Shown here piece after piece: positions 25,181 through 38,719 of a stretch of DNA of 64,000 nt. A program made the translations under genes and the position numbers. How positions within the stretch are numbered: position 1 is the first letter of the stretch; every line of letters begins with the position of its first letter. Under the pieces are notes generated by a model. The model saw only the letters and a program-made list of their open reading frames with translations, made no database searches and was not told where the DNA came from. Source of the DNA: Octopus bimaculoides (taxonomy: Eukaryota); contig NC_068993.1 of NCBI RefSeq assembly GCF_001194135.2, positions 1,372,744 to 1,436,743 of the forward strand, read 5' to 3'.

Positions 25181-26548
25181 AAAGAAGAGACTTTTTGCTA
25201 GCATTTGGCTTGTTGGGTCTTCATAATCTGCATCTGAAAGGTGGAGATGTGTGTGTGTGTGTACATTACTACCATCATCATCATTATCATCATTTTACGC
25301 ATTCAGCAACAGAAGAAACCGGCCAACTTTGTTGTAGTGTATGTCTCAAAGTGTGGACTGAATGTCTTTTACCAGCACTAGAGAGGTTGTCTCATGAGGG
25401 GTGGTGACTAGAGTCCCCCACCCCATCCCATACCAAAAATTCTTTGGACACATAAACTATATTTTGGTTTTTCATTCCTAGCTAGAATCTAATCAATTCA
25501 CTTTATATTGCTAATGCAATGCTTTTGCAAAAATGCATGAACATCACAACATCAACAATTGCTTCTATAAGCCTGCGGCTGCATGACTATTGATGAAAAT
25601 CATTGTAAGTATTCTCATAATAAATATTCTCATTCATTAATTATAACAAAAGAATCCTTTGAAATTCTGGCTCATTTGATCACAGATTGATTAAAAACAA
25701 TTCTTCTCTGTAAAATTGTAATCATTTTTATGAATAAATATATTAATTAAACCAATTAAATTGTACTTAATTGTATTCAGAGTAACGAAGGTAATTATTC
25801 TTTTTCTTAATTAGTGTTTAGTGAGAGACCATTTTTTGCAGGGTTTTTAAGATGTATGAGAGAAAAGGAGAAAACTAGAAGGTCTTGACACACTCTGACT
25901 AGGGACCTGGCCTGGTCTGAATGTTTCCAGCAGAGTGAACCCCATTAAAGACATCTTAAGGGCCAGATGGCAGTGCCAAACCATGATTCTGAAGTCTTTT
26001 ATGATGAGTTAAAATGACAGCCATCAATACTTCATGTTTACAAACAATGTGAAACAAGTCAAATCTGTTCAAATTATTTATACCATTCCAATGTATTAAA
26101 GACACCTGGAGTTTCAATTCCAGTGTATTTTGTAACTTTTTTTTATTGTTTAATTATGTATTGAAAGTTTTCAATAAAGGATATTCGTTATTAATAAAAA
26201 TTTGTAAAAATATAATTTTCACTTGAGTAATGTTATTTTCTTTATCAACTTTGTTAACCGGTTATTGACAGAATTAAACTTGTTTTCATCCGTGTGATCT
26301 TCATTTTGTCTTGGAGTAATTTCAAATGTGTCAAAGTCAACCATCATCATTTAATGTCCATTTTCCATGCTGGCATGGATTGGATGGTTTGACCAGGGCT
26401 GCAAATATATATATATATANNNNNNNNNNNNNNNNNNNNNNNNNNNNNNNNNNNNNNNNNNNNATATATGCATATATATATGCATACATATACATATATA
26501 TATACACACATTATATTATCAAGCAGTATATTACTAGTTATGGCATAT

Positions 26549-26608
<60 letters not shown>

Positions 26609-27379
26609 ATATATATATGCATGCCAAAACCAGTTGTATACTACTTGACCTTGACAACATGTGTGTGTGTGTTTGTGTGTGTGGGTGTGCAAGAGACAGG
26701 ATACAATGGAGAGGATTGTTAAAACATTTACCCATTCCTTGTAGAAGGGAAGTGTTATGAGGTTTTAATTGGAAGGAAAACTGTTAGACTTCTACTGAAA
26801 TTCAATCCCATTGAAATAGCTGCAACTAAATGGTTTTGATGGATAATATTTTAATTATTATCATTTTTACTCCACACTGACATTTTGAGTGAATGTAGGT
26901 TGTTGTTAAACTTCTTAGAGAAAGGCTCATTTAATCACTAACGAGGTAGTTTGTCGAAATAAGGATACACTGGTGTGTAAATAGAGGAACACAACAATGA
27001 GGGAGTCTTTATGGTATCAGCCAATTTGCTAGAAATAACAGCCAAATCACCTTTAAATCACACCCTATTGCTTTAATGAAAGGAAGAGTGTATTGGACAG
27101 TGTAGTCTCTGACACATAAAAACGCATGAGGGTCATGGCTGGAATGCCTTTGATCATAGATTTGTTCAAGCCTGAGATGGTCTGGAACTAAACAATAACA
27201 ATATTTATCTGCTCATGCAATACTGGTCCCAAAACGAACTTGTCACATATAAAAGAGTTCTTTGAGGACCCCATAAAATTCAATGGACCCTCTTACCCTT
27301 GGTTGGGTTACATGAAATAGTGTCTGCTGGCAGTTTGAAATAAATTCTTGGTTTAATTCCTGGCATTCAGAATACACTC

Positions 27380-27600
27380 TACAGATTTAGTGGAGTTCTA
27401 TAAAACTCCTTGTAACACCAAAGATAAACTGAAGGCAAGGATTATGGCAGCATTGACCAACTTAAACAAGGAGACCGTCCAGAAGAGTTGCAGGAGATTC
27501 TAAAGTCGTCTGTGGTGGAAGCCAATGACGATTTTATTGAATAAATTTACTCTTTAGTATTTCAAGATATTTCTATGTAATTTTGGTCAATATCTCGGCA
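27380..27600 (+). mobile_element. Tc1/mariner-superfamily transposase C-terminal relic
   Basis: KTPCNTKDKLKARIMAALTNLNKETVQKSCRRF*SRL, then a frameshift to VVEANDDFIE*. This matches the usual Tc1-type ending RL.AVVEANG.FIE. Confidence 0.7.
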
Positions 27601-27799
27601 TCGCCTTTAATGAATATTCAGCTTTAAGTTTTGCTTTTAATTGTTTTAGTTCAAGTTTCAAATTAAATTTTTCGAATTCCCTTTGTTTTGGTGTTATTTT
27701 TTTTTTTATATATTTAAGAAAAATACCATTTATCGATTCTAATTCAATGTAGTTTTAAAATGCGGAAAGTTTTTTTATGCTGTGGTGAGTTGATTCTGG

Positions 27800-27944
27800 G
27801 TGAGTTTTGATGCTAAACAGATTAGAAAGTTACGAATGAAATGTTCAAGAAACAGGTTTGAGGTGGAAATTTATTTGTGAGGGAACATTACACCGGTAAC
27901 CAAGGAAGACAAATCTCACTCATTCTGCACGTGTTTTGGAATTG
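27800..27944 (+). other. Candidate non-coding first exon / promoter region of TTC4
   Basis: The first coding exon of TTC4 starts at an acceptor (30271-30272), so an upstream exon is needed. A donor TTG|GTAAAT lies at 27944/27945 with an E-box CACGTG at 27928-27933. An alternative donor GTG|GTAAGG lies near 28576. The start coordinate is a guess. Confidence 0.25.
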
Positions 27945-29908
27945 GTAAATTCTGTTTTTTCATGTTTTTATAGAATATAATTTATTTTTATTTAGCAATA
28001 ACTAAAGAACCAGAAATGTAACTCATTTTTTTTGCTGTATGTCATGTATAGAAAAAGATTATTTTATACTAGCAACATGTTATTGTTATTTAAGCACAAA
28101 CTATAGCATTTTCAACTGTGACCATCCCGTCTGGTTTCAGACAGAGTGTCTAGGACTACGTTATGCGAAGTGTCCTTCCACCCGTTTAACATACTAAACT
28201 TTAATCTGAAAGTTATTCGACTGCTATTTCTAGCATTTTCTTCGACTACATACACACCCTCGTTTCACCGTAATTCATATTTATTTGTTGTTGTTCTTTT
28301 TACATAACTTTATTGTTTATCATATAAAGTTTCTAAAGACGTAATTATCCAGATACTAATTAATAGGCATAACGTTCTAATTAAGTCGAACCTATTAATT
28401 ACGTTAGATTTATTTGGTTCTCTTCCCCCCCCCCCCTCTGTACCACGTAATATTATTTCTTCGCATCAATCAGTAAACATTGTCTTCTTTTACCGATCCA
28501 TTCCTAAAACAGGTTTTGGCTCCTGATAAACTCCTGTTATTTACTTTATTTTATTTTATTTTTCTTAAGGCGGTGGTAAGGAAGACGTACACCACTCGTT
28601 TTCGGTACAACAAAAATCCTAAACCCCTAGTGTGCGTATTCTTTTCTTTCGCTAAAAAAAAAAAAAAGTTCTTTAACCGATTCATTGATGGTAACGATGA
28701 GTTTTCGGGTTATATTTTTGAATCTGGCTGTTAGTTTATTTCTACATTTAGATATATAGCGTGGCTGTGTGGCAAGAGGTTTGCTTCCCAACTCCATAGT
28801 TCTGGGTTCAGTCCCACTGTGTGGCATATTGAGCAAGTGTCTTCTACTCTCGCCCCAGGGTTAGTAGACTTGATAGACGGATAACATCGGTGGCGTGGAG
28901 AGAGGAATCTGGTATGCATGGATGACTGCTGGCCTTCCATAAACAACCTTGCCTGGACGTATGCCTTAGAAGGGAACTTTCTAGGTGAAATCCCATGGTC
29001 ATTCATGGCCAAAGGGGGTCTTTACAGTTTTTACAAGTGATTAAATATATTCACCTCTAATATTTCCTGATTCTTTTTTATGGTCTCTATACTCCTCATG
29101 AAATAATTTCACCAACTGGATCTTCTGGATTTCAGTTGTATGGACACTCTGCATTACACTTCTCTATAGTGGATTACTGTGTATTCTGATAGCTGAGTCT
29201 GTAAGAGGAGCTTTATGTGATTGCCACACAATTCTCAGAATCCACATCTTATACTATAATTCATTTAATATTGACTATTGAAAAAAAAGTGCCTAATGCC
29301 ATAGTTGAGATGGTTTTGCTTAAAGACCCTGTCCACTGACAGGCAAAACTGACACTGACTTGACCAAAATAAATACATTTATATGTACATGTGTGTGTTG
29401 CGTCATATAGATATATGGTAAATGGGGAGAAATATGGAATATTTTCAAAGAAATAGGAAATTTACCACTGTTTTTGCAGACACAGGAAGTTCCATTATTT
29501 CTAGTGACTCATACACTTTTACATCTTAAAATTAATGTTTTTTTTATACTATTTCTAATTGAATACTTCTAACTTCGCCAACAGTTGTTTTTCTCTTGCA
29601 AATATACGCTAATTAAAGCATTTTTAATGAATGTGAGCTCATAACAGAAGCCTTCAAAATGAAAGTATTTATTTCTCTTAATCATGAACAACATTAAGTC
29701 TTGGTATTCCAAGATGACTCTGATATTATGAGAAACTAAAACACTTCAGGAACCAAGAAGCATTAAAATTAAAAACAACATAAATGAACATTAATTGTGG
29801 TGAGTTTAAAAATAGATTCATCAGAAATTGTTGAACTTCCTGTGTTTGCAGCTACAGCAATACCATCTCTAGTAAAGTTCTAAGAAGCCTGGTATATATA
29901 TATATATA

Positions 29909-30187
29909 CAGTATCTCAGAGAAGTATGTACACCCCTAAAAAATTTCAGTGGCAATTAAAAGCACCCACTACACTCTCGGAGTGGTTGGCTTTCGGAAAG
30001 GCATCCAGCTGTAGAAACTCTGCCAGATCAGATTGGAGCCTGGTGCAACCATCTGGTTTCACCAGTCCTCAGTCAAATCGTCCAACCCATGCTAGCATGG
30101 AAAGCAGACGTTAAACGATGATGATGATGATAATGGCAATTTTTTTCTGAAATTTTTTAGGGGTGGGCATACTTCTGTAAGATACTC
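29909..30187. mobile_element. Tc1-like MITE (41-bp TIRs) interrupted by a retroelement 3' end with an 8-bp TSD
   Basis: Left TIR CAGTATCTCAGAGAAGTATGTACACCCCTAAAAAATTTCAG (29909-29949) follows (TA)n. The right TIR (30147-30187) matches at 36/41. TGGCAATT is duplicated at 29950-29957 and 30134-30141 around the insert. Confidence 0.85.
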
Positions 30188-30283
30188 TCTCTCTATATAT
30201 ATATATATTTACACACACACACATACATATGTAAATGTCTGATATTATTTTCATCTTTATATTTCGTTACAGTGTTGCTTAAA

Positions 30284-30451
30284 ATGTCTTCCAACATGCC
30301 TGAATCAAAGAACTTGACAGAAAGTATTGCTGAGAAAGTCGATGAAGAACTTGATGACTTCCTGAATGAAATGATGAAAAAGTCTAAGAAAACTGCTGAA
30401 ACTGAAGACAAAAGTTTTGAAGAAATTGTTGCTGTGAGTTCAGTTAACTTC

Positions 30452-30484
<33 letters not shown>

Positions 30485-31161
30485 CACACATACACACATG
30501 TACTCAATGTATCTGTGAATATGATGCATGTTTACTGTGTTTGTATCAAAATTTTGGGGAAAGATAACCCATGTCATCTCCTCGGAGGTATGCACCTTGT
30601 CTGTTTAATGACAGCATCACTAATAACTTGTTTTAATTTTCTTGTTTAATGATTTGCTTAGAGAAGGAAGAGCCAGGTTTGTGACTATTTCTAAGGTCTC
30701 AAAGATTGTTGAGAGAAAGGCAGGAAGTTTTCCTCACATTTAGCCCAAATGCTTGCAACAGAGTGGCCTCTTCTGAGGGCACTCATAGGCCAGGAGAAGG
30801 AGGAGGGGAAGGAGGTGGTGGTGGCGAACTGGGTTGTGGATTAAGTCTGCTACTCGTTAAGTGGAATGATCTCTCTGAGAAGCTTCAGTACAGTTTCCAT
30901 CTATAAAATGTCACAACTGTTTGGCTGCTTTGTGGCTGTGGTAGAAGACACTTGTCCAAGGTGTCACTCACTGGGACCAAAGAGTTGCAGGTCAAACGTT
31001 AACTACTCAGTCACAGCTGGGCTTTGGACATCTTGACCACACAGCAAATGGCTGCCTTCATTAACCAAAGTAGCAAATAAAGACACAAATGTCAAAGATT
31101 TACAAAGATGGATGGAATGAGAAAATGGATGTAAAAGAATATCAACTCTCTCCTCCTCCTC

Positions 31162-31200
<39 letters not shown>

Positions 31201-33911
31201 CTTGTCTTTCATCCAGTTAGTAGAAGAGTTGATAACCATAAAGTTTGTAATTCAGTTTTCAATTATTTTATAAAAAGTAATTCAGCATTAATTAATTAAT
31301 TAATGAAAATTCTTACAGGAATTAGAAACCCATCCGGCTTTTTTGAAAGAAATTGATCCTTCCAAACCCCTTCATCCAGCTGTTGAAGCTCTGCAGGCCC
31401 TGAAGTATGAATGTGAAAACCCTGTCAGTAAGTATAGTCAATCCCTTTTGCATAAGGGTCAGTCCCTTCTGTGTGTAATCAAAATTTTCTATCTGGGGAA
31501 GAGGCCCTTCTGTAAGGGATCAAACCTTTTTAAAATCAATTTTGTTTCACCAGGAAAATGGATTGCTACAATTGTTGAGCAAGAAAATCCTGTGCCATAT
31601 TTGGCCAGAGTCTTTTACATTCTGAGTTTCATTCCTGCCATGGTTGACATTATCTTTCATCATTTCAAGATCAATGAAATACTTGGTCAGTGGAACTGCT
31701 CACATTTTGGTAGTTGTGAGGAATTTTGTTGCTAGGATCTATTGGCAACAGAAATCTTCTACATGAACAAGAATTAATCAAGTTATGTGGTTCCAAATTT
31801 AAATGCCACCAAAACTTGAAGGAATGTAACCAAATATCTCAAAGTCTTTGTTGAACTCTCTTACAATTCTGTCATCTGATGCCCGTCCACTTCGCATTTC
31901 CACCAGTTGCCATTTTATAGTCATGGTTCTGGAACTTCACTTATGTCTTCTTTTGGGGTAAATTATGAGAAAAAACGTATACAGAGTTCATTTTATTGAT
32001 AAGATTTATAAGGTTCCAGTTCTGATGTTGTAACTGTTTCAGGTATGTTTATCTTTTACTTGGTTCAGTCATTAGACTGCAGCCATGCTGGAGCACCACC
32101 TTAAAGAGTTTTTAGTCAAACAAATCGAACCCTGTACATTTTTTTCAGACACACAGCCATGCCTGCACTCATAATAACAATAGTTGCTCATCTCCAAAAT
32201 TCAAACAAAATCTTTCGCTAATTTTTTTTTTTCCAAATTCGTTTTTGATGAGTTTTTGAGAATTCCATTTTGTTTTCAATTTACTTACAGTGAAAGCAGA
32301 CAGTTTTAAGGAAGAAGGAAATTATCTGTTCAAAAAACAAGACTATCGTACAGCTATTGCAAATTACACTGAAGGAATCAAGGTTCAAGCACCGGACAGG
32401 ATGTTAAATGCTTCGTTATATTGTAATAGAGCAGCTTCTAATTATCAACTTGGTAAGTAAAGAAAAACTGATTGATAAACATTCTCTCATGGAAGACTGG
32501 AAACAAGCAACATCGCTCTGTATACATACACATGCACACACACATGCAAGCACACACACACTCACAAGATAGGTTTCTTTCAATTTCTGTCTACCAAATC
32601 CACTCACAAAGCTTTGGTCAGCCTAGAACACTTGCGCAAGGTGCCATGCCCATTCCTAATATTAAACGGTACCTTATCCAAACAACAGACTCTTGTAATC
32701 CATTCCATCATGGAAAATAGTTACGAAATGACGATAATCAATATGAATGATGATGATGTTAAATTTCTTCAGGTATTTAGTTCTGTTCCTTAATGATAAA
32801 GAATTGGTAGCAGAGACAGTAGAGTATCAGGTAGAATGCCTTGTGGTATTTGCTCCAGCTCTCTGTGCTCTGAATTCAAATCCTATCAGGTCAGCTTTGC
32901 CTTTGATCCTTTCAGGGTCCAAATGCATAATACCACTCCAGGGTGGTGGTCAGGTGGAACTGTTAGGGTTTTTGGGTATCAGTTCCTACTCTTCACCTCC
33001 TTCCACCAGCCTCTCTCTCCTGACAGAAACAATCTTTTGGGCCCCAGCTTACCGTTTTTAGCCTTCAGTGAGGCCATCACATGAAGCAACATGTCAACCA
33101 TACCAATAAAAAAAGCGAGTGGAGCATTGCTCTTTTTTCTCTTTTTTGAAACCTTTAGTTTCTCTGATCTTCAGATTGTGTCAGCATGTTTTAAAGACCA
33201 AAACCATTTCTTGTTTTTGGCATCATTTCTAAATGTATTATGACTGTTGCTATTTCAGGAAACTTTGGTTATGCTTTATTTGACTGTGTCATGGCCTGTA
33301 AATTCAAGGAACAGTATTTGAAAGCCTTCATCAGAGGTGAGTTCTGTTGTTTAAATTTCTAAACAAATATTAAAATGGTAAAATGACAGACATAGGACAG
33401 ACATGTGCTATTAAATGTCTTGAAGTATATAATTACATCTGCTTCTCTTCTGAGTTCAACTCTTGTCTTAAGTCAATAAGATAGATACCAGTTCACCAAA
33501 ATAAAACTATGGTATTGAGTACTCTTTTTTTTTTTTTTGCCAACAGCTAACACTAAATGTGTGTGTGTGTGTGTGTCTTAGTGGATCTCTTTTGTTCAGT
33601 GATGAGGATTTACACTTGTTTGATCGACTGAGTTACCCGCCCCTGAATAAACACGTCCTTGGCTGAGTATTTGCACACATGTGTTACCCTTAACACAGTT
33701 CTCTAATAGAACCAGTGTAACACAGTGTTTGAAAAGGCTGAACCTTTTTAATTACTGGTACAACCCATTCAAAGGGCTTCTATACAGTTTCCATTTACCC
33801 ATTTTTACTCACAAAGTATAGGTTGGTCTGAGGCTCTGAGAAAATGACAATTACCGAAGATGCTACACTGGAATCGAACCCATGAACCTTTTAACCATTC
33901 AACCATCGCCA

Positions 33912-33969
<58 letters not shown>

Positions 33970-36900
33970 TTACTCGTATCATTTCTTCTATGTTCTCATT
34001 ATCTGTGTATATCTTCTTGTTTTGACAAGGATCTCAGTGCTGCATTGAACTGAAGAAATTCTCAGACGCTATTAAATGGTGTGAAGCTGGTTTGAAAATA
34101 TCCTTTATCAATTAGTTTAAAGATTTCTCTTTGACTAAACACTTTCAAAGATGTCTTTCAAATGTCTCTAAAATTACATTCCTTGACTCATAATTTATTT
34201 TGAACCTGAAAATGAGAAACTTTCTGCTTTAAAAGAGAAATCACTAAAATTAAAGGTAATTTATTTTCTGATATTTTTGGTAATTTTTTACATAATTTCT
34301 TCTTCTGTTTTCCCATGCTTAAACCTGGTCTTTTCTTGTCCTTCATCTCACCATTTGTTGCAATCCTTTTGCCATCATCTTGAAGTTCCACTACTACATC
34401 TAATGTCTTTTTTTTTTATCTTCCTCCCCTACAAATTCCTTCCACTTGTGTTAGTCGTCGTGTATTTATCCTTCATCCTCCCTGGCTTCTCAATCTCTGT
34501 ACCTGTAACACCAGGTAACACCTTAATGTCTTCCATGATGTATTATGTACACCATTTTAGACATCCTCATCTTTCCTCTGTGCATCCATGATAATGCTAT
34601 CACTTAGGATCGAAGTTACTTACAGAAGGGCCTCATCTGTCAGTCCTTATAAAAGCTGTGAATGTTGGCATCACTGTTGCTATTCTGTTGTCTATGACTG
34701 ATCTAAACTTAATCATCATTTTATCTCATACTCTGACCACCTCTCTTTATCTAACCATTTCTCTGCCAACAATATTCCTCTTCTACCCGTTCCTGTATTA
34801 TGTCCCCACAGGAATTATATATGTGCACCTTACACATGAGGAGTTTTGCTTCATGTTACCTTCTGTACACTGCACACATCTACCGTTGTTTTGTGCCCCT
34901 GAATTTTTGCTCTTGACAGCAAGAGGAGAGTTTCCAATGGTAGGTGAGGATTGTTTGATGTCTGTATTCTGTACTTAAGATGAAAGTTGGTGCTGTTGTC
35001 TCATGACATTGAAAGTGTTTGTCACACTTGGCCAGATGTTCACACCTAACCACCTCAGTAACAGAGTAGCAGTCCTTTTATATGCAATTAGTGTTTTATA
35101 TATGTAATTGTAATGATGTCGACACAGGTTTATTGGTTGAATACCCTTTTTATCACTAACCATTGCAACGTAGGCTGGCTACATTTTATCGTGCCACCCA
35201 CATTTGAGGTTTCATGTTTATTAGTGCATTTATTTAACATCCATTTTTCAATGCTAGCGTAACTTGGACAGTGTTTCATGTCCTCTGTGTCAATTTGGAA
35301 TTTAGAGTTTCCACCCTCCTGTTTGATTGGCCTTTGTTGTGCAGACGATACCATTTCTACAAAGCATTTCTTTTGTAGAAAATCCAAGACCGTGATTTAC
35401 GTAAACAACAATTACAAGAGAGGAAAGCTGATGGTTTAGAATCGAAACTGTTTAAAGAAATTCATGTAAGTTTTATGTTTTGTTTGATATCATCCGATTG
35501 TTGTTGTTGAGCTCCAGGTTAGTCTCATGGTATAAACCGTTCAGCTGTAGCTCAGCCTTGTATGTAATGTGTAACGTTTGGCTCCAGATCTTCACTGATG
35601 ACCCAGCTATGTTATGTATTACAAAACAAGCAACTCACATGGCTTTTGAAATTCTGCTTATTCTACGACCAGTCATGTTTTTTTATTATATTCACATTTC
35701 AACACCAAATCATTGGGTTTCCCCAAGTTCTTTTCTCATTCATTGTTCAGATAAAAAGTTTCTCAAAATTTTATTCCTGCTGTTATTTTCAGAAACGACA
35801 TATCAAAATGAAGACTGACAAACAGAATGGAAAAACTATTTTAAGTTTATCAGATCTGGAAGGAAGTAATCCAGGTGGTGCCAAAGTTTACCTTGATGAT
35901 GCAGGACTTCTCCATTGGCCAGTTTTGTTTATGTATCCAGAATATAACCAAACTGATTTCATTGAGAGCTTCAGTGAAAACCATTGGTACATATTTATAT
36001 TTCTATATGTTTATTTATACATCATTATCATCATCATTTTAATGTCCACTTTTCCATGCTTGCATGGGTCAGAAGGAACTTGTTGAGGCAGATTTTCTAT
36101 GGCCAGATGCCCTTTGTCACAAGCCTTTACCTAAAGGTAATATTTCCCCAGAACCCTGTGTTTGAGAATCAAGCTTCCTAACCACAGAGCCACACCTGCA
36201 TCTATGACACACCTGTGCCTCTTATAGTTCTGTCTCTTTACACTCAGTAGATTTAGTAAATTTTGAAGAGTTTTGTACAATATCAATTTATAATGCAGAA
36301 GGCACAAGCTGGGCTGTATGGTCAAGGAATTCACTTCTAAGTGTCCATTGCAGTCAGCTGATGATTTTATCTTCCTTACTATATTTGGTGTATCAAGAGC
36401 TTTGGTTCTGTCAGTCTGATAAATTCCTTATCACACTTCTTTGATGACAATCAGGCAGTAAACCAAAGGGACCAAAAATAATAATAAAAAAACAAAAGGT
36501 TCTCTCTAGTCTGCCTCAAATACAACTTTATTTCTCTTGTTTCCTAAAACACGATTTGATATTAAGAAATACATCAACAACCATTGTTTCACAAATAAAT
36601 GTGAATCTCTAGTAATTCTATTCTCCATATTAGATGTGTTTGGAATGGTTCAATAATTTGTATTTTGCATATTAAAATTAATTTAATTACTCTGTTGCTT
36701 TTTTTCTAGCTTTTCTGACCATATTTTGGAAATGTTTCAATCTTGTACGGTTCCTTGGGATGAAGAACACAAGTATGTTCCTGAAAACATTGAGGTAACA
36801 GCAGAATTATTAAATTCTTAAGAATTCTTTAGAAAATCTAATTATATTTAATTTCCTGTTATCATTTAATTGTTGTAAGGAATTTTTTAATTGCTTAATC

Positions 36901-38633
36901 AGGAAGAAAGACAATGCTCATGACTTTTTTAAAGGTCTCTGACAGAAGTTGGAAGGGAGCAAGGAGGGTCTAAATGTTTGCCAAAGAGAGGACTCCATTA
37001 AAGGCACACAGGGACCAGGTGATGGGGGATGAACAGGGGCAACAGACCCAGGGAGACCACAGCTGGATTTGAACTCAGAATAAAAGGATTCAGACTCTAT
37101 GCTGCAGAGCATCCTGGTTCTCCAACAACTTTGCTTGTTTGTCAGTATAGACTCGTTCTTTATTTATTGACCCTGAATAAAGGACAGTCACAGTTGACCT
37201 TGGCAGGATTTGAACTTAGGAGGCAATTAGCCAGAATAAATACCACAAGGTATGTGTCTGATACTGATTGTTCTGCCACCTTATTCAACAACAATAATGG
37301 GTTCAAATTTTGGCACAAGGCCAGCAAGGTTTTTTTTTTATGTAGGGGGTAAGTCGATTACAGAAAGACGTGCTGCTAAGCATTTTGTCCAATGTGTTAA
37401 TGGTTCTGCCAGCAGGCCACCTGAATAATAATAATAATAATAATTTAGAGTCTGAGATATGTAGCGTTGATTCCTTAGAGACAATTGTGCTACATAAAGA
37501 ATTATTATCATGTATTTCCAGATATATTTTGAAGAAAACAAAACAGAAAGTCTGTTTAGAATTCCTCCTGAAAAGTCATTGCTTGAAATTTTACAACATG
37601 AAAAGTAAGTACCTTAATAAATATCATCATCATTTAACGTCGGTTGTCCATGCTGGCATGGGTTGGATGGTTTGACCAGGGGCTGGCAAGCTGGGAGGCT
37701 GCGGCAGATACCAGTCTGTTTTGGCACGGTTTTCTATGGCTGGATGCCCTTCCTAACACTAACCACTTTACAGAGTGCAATGGGTGCTTTTTATGTGACA
37801 CCGGCACAGGTGCCATTTGCATGACACCAGTATACATATATGCATACACACACATGCGTACGCGTGCTCACTCTCTCACTCGGTGAATAATTAAGTGATG
37901 TGTTTTCATCTCAATTAACTTTTTGTTTTTCCTAATTAATATTTTTGTTTCTTTGTTATGCATATATTATTTTAAACATGAAATTGTTAGTGACAAAAAA
38001 AAAAAAAAAACATGGATTTTGTTGTTAATATTTTTATTGAAATTAACTTTTTAACTTTTCTTTACCTCAATCTTACATCAATGAAAAACTTTCAAATTGT
38101 ATTTTTATTGCTAACGATAGTAGTGTTCTTTAAATAAAAATTAAAATACACCAGACAGATTTATTAAGCATGAAGATAAGTTTAGGATTAGAGATCATCA
38201 CAACTAGAATTACAATTTTAGGTGAACTAAGATCACATAGGTTTATGAGGAACATTGTGGCTAGGTTCCATGACATCAGTTGAACAGAACTGTAGGAATT
38301 ATATTTCTACCAGTTCATTATATTAACAAAGAATATTACTTCAGTAAAATGATGCTAGGTTAAAGTTTCATTTTCTGCTTAAAAATGAGAAATTGGTTAT
38401 GTTTCTTTTGTCCATTAATTTGTCTTATTCTTCCAGTAAACCATTTTAGTTTCATTTCTTATACTAACTTGGTTTAATGCTGTTTGGTCTAAAACAATTT
38501 CGAATCTCATTTTTTTTTCTTTCTTTTTGCCAGCTTCACAGTTATTGGCGGCACACCTGCATTTATACTGCTGGTTGCAAATTCAAAATTTAAAGGTGAA
38601 TTTCTAAAGCATTACACATTGAAATCTTTGTAA
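30284..38633 (+). CDS. TTC4: Tetratricopeptide repeat protein 4 (Cns1/Dpit47-type Hsp70/Hsp90 co-chaperone), 390 aa
   Basis: Eleven coding exons: 30284-30433, 31319-31427, 32291-32452, 33259-33336, 34030-34097, 34199-34255, 35379-35465, 35793-35986, 36710-36794, 37522-37604, 38534-38633 (1173 nt, open frame). TPRs: KADSFKEEGNYLFK...YTEGIK, LYCNRAASNYQLGNFGYALFDC and YLKAFIRGSQCCIELKKFSDAIKWCEAGLK. C-terminal domain: LHWPVLFMYPEYNQTDFIESFSE, PWDEEHKY, FTVIGGTPAFILL. Confidence 0.93.
34098..34198 (+). other. U12-type (minor spliceosome) intron with AT...AT termini
   Basis: 5' site ATATCCTTT at 34098. Branch site TTCCTTGAC at 34179-34187. The only frame-restoring acceptor at the typical distance is AT at 34197-34198, 12 nt from the branch A. 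Retention gives a stop at 34113-34115. Confidence 0.85.
34290..34980 (-). mobile_element. Decayed RTE-like LINE 3' region inside a TTC4 intron
   Basis: Purine-rich minus strand with RTE-like fragments (LKWYIIHH, VEGICRGG). No intact ORF. Confidence 0.45.
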
Positions 38634-38719
38634 ATTATAATAAAAAAAAAAACGATTATCTCACCAAACCTAGGTTTGAATCATTATATTTGGCGCCAGA
38701 TTATTTATTTTGGCTTTAC

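Noticed and set aside
34204-34205. Conventional AC acceptor for the TTC4 U12 intron
   Set aside because: Joining there shifts the frame (CTG AAA ATG AGA AAC TTT CTG CTT TAA) and truncates the protein before its conserved C-terminal domain.
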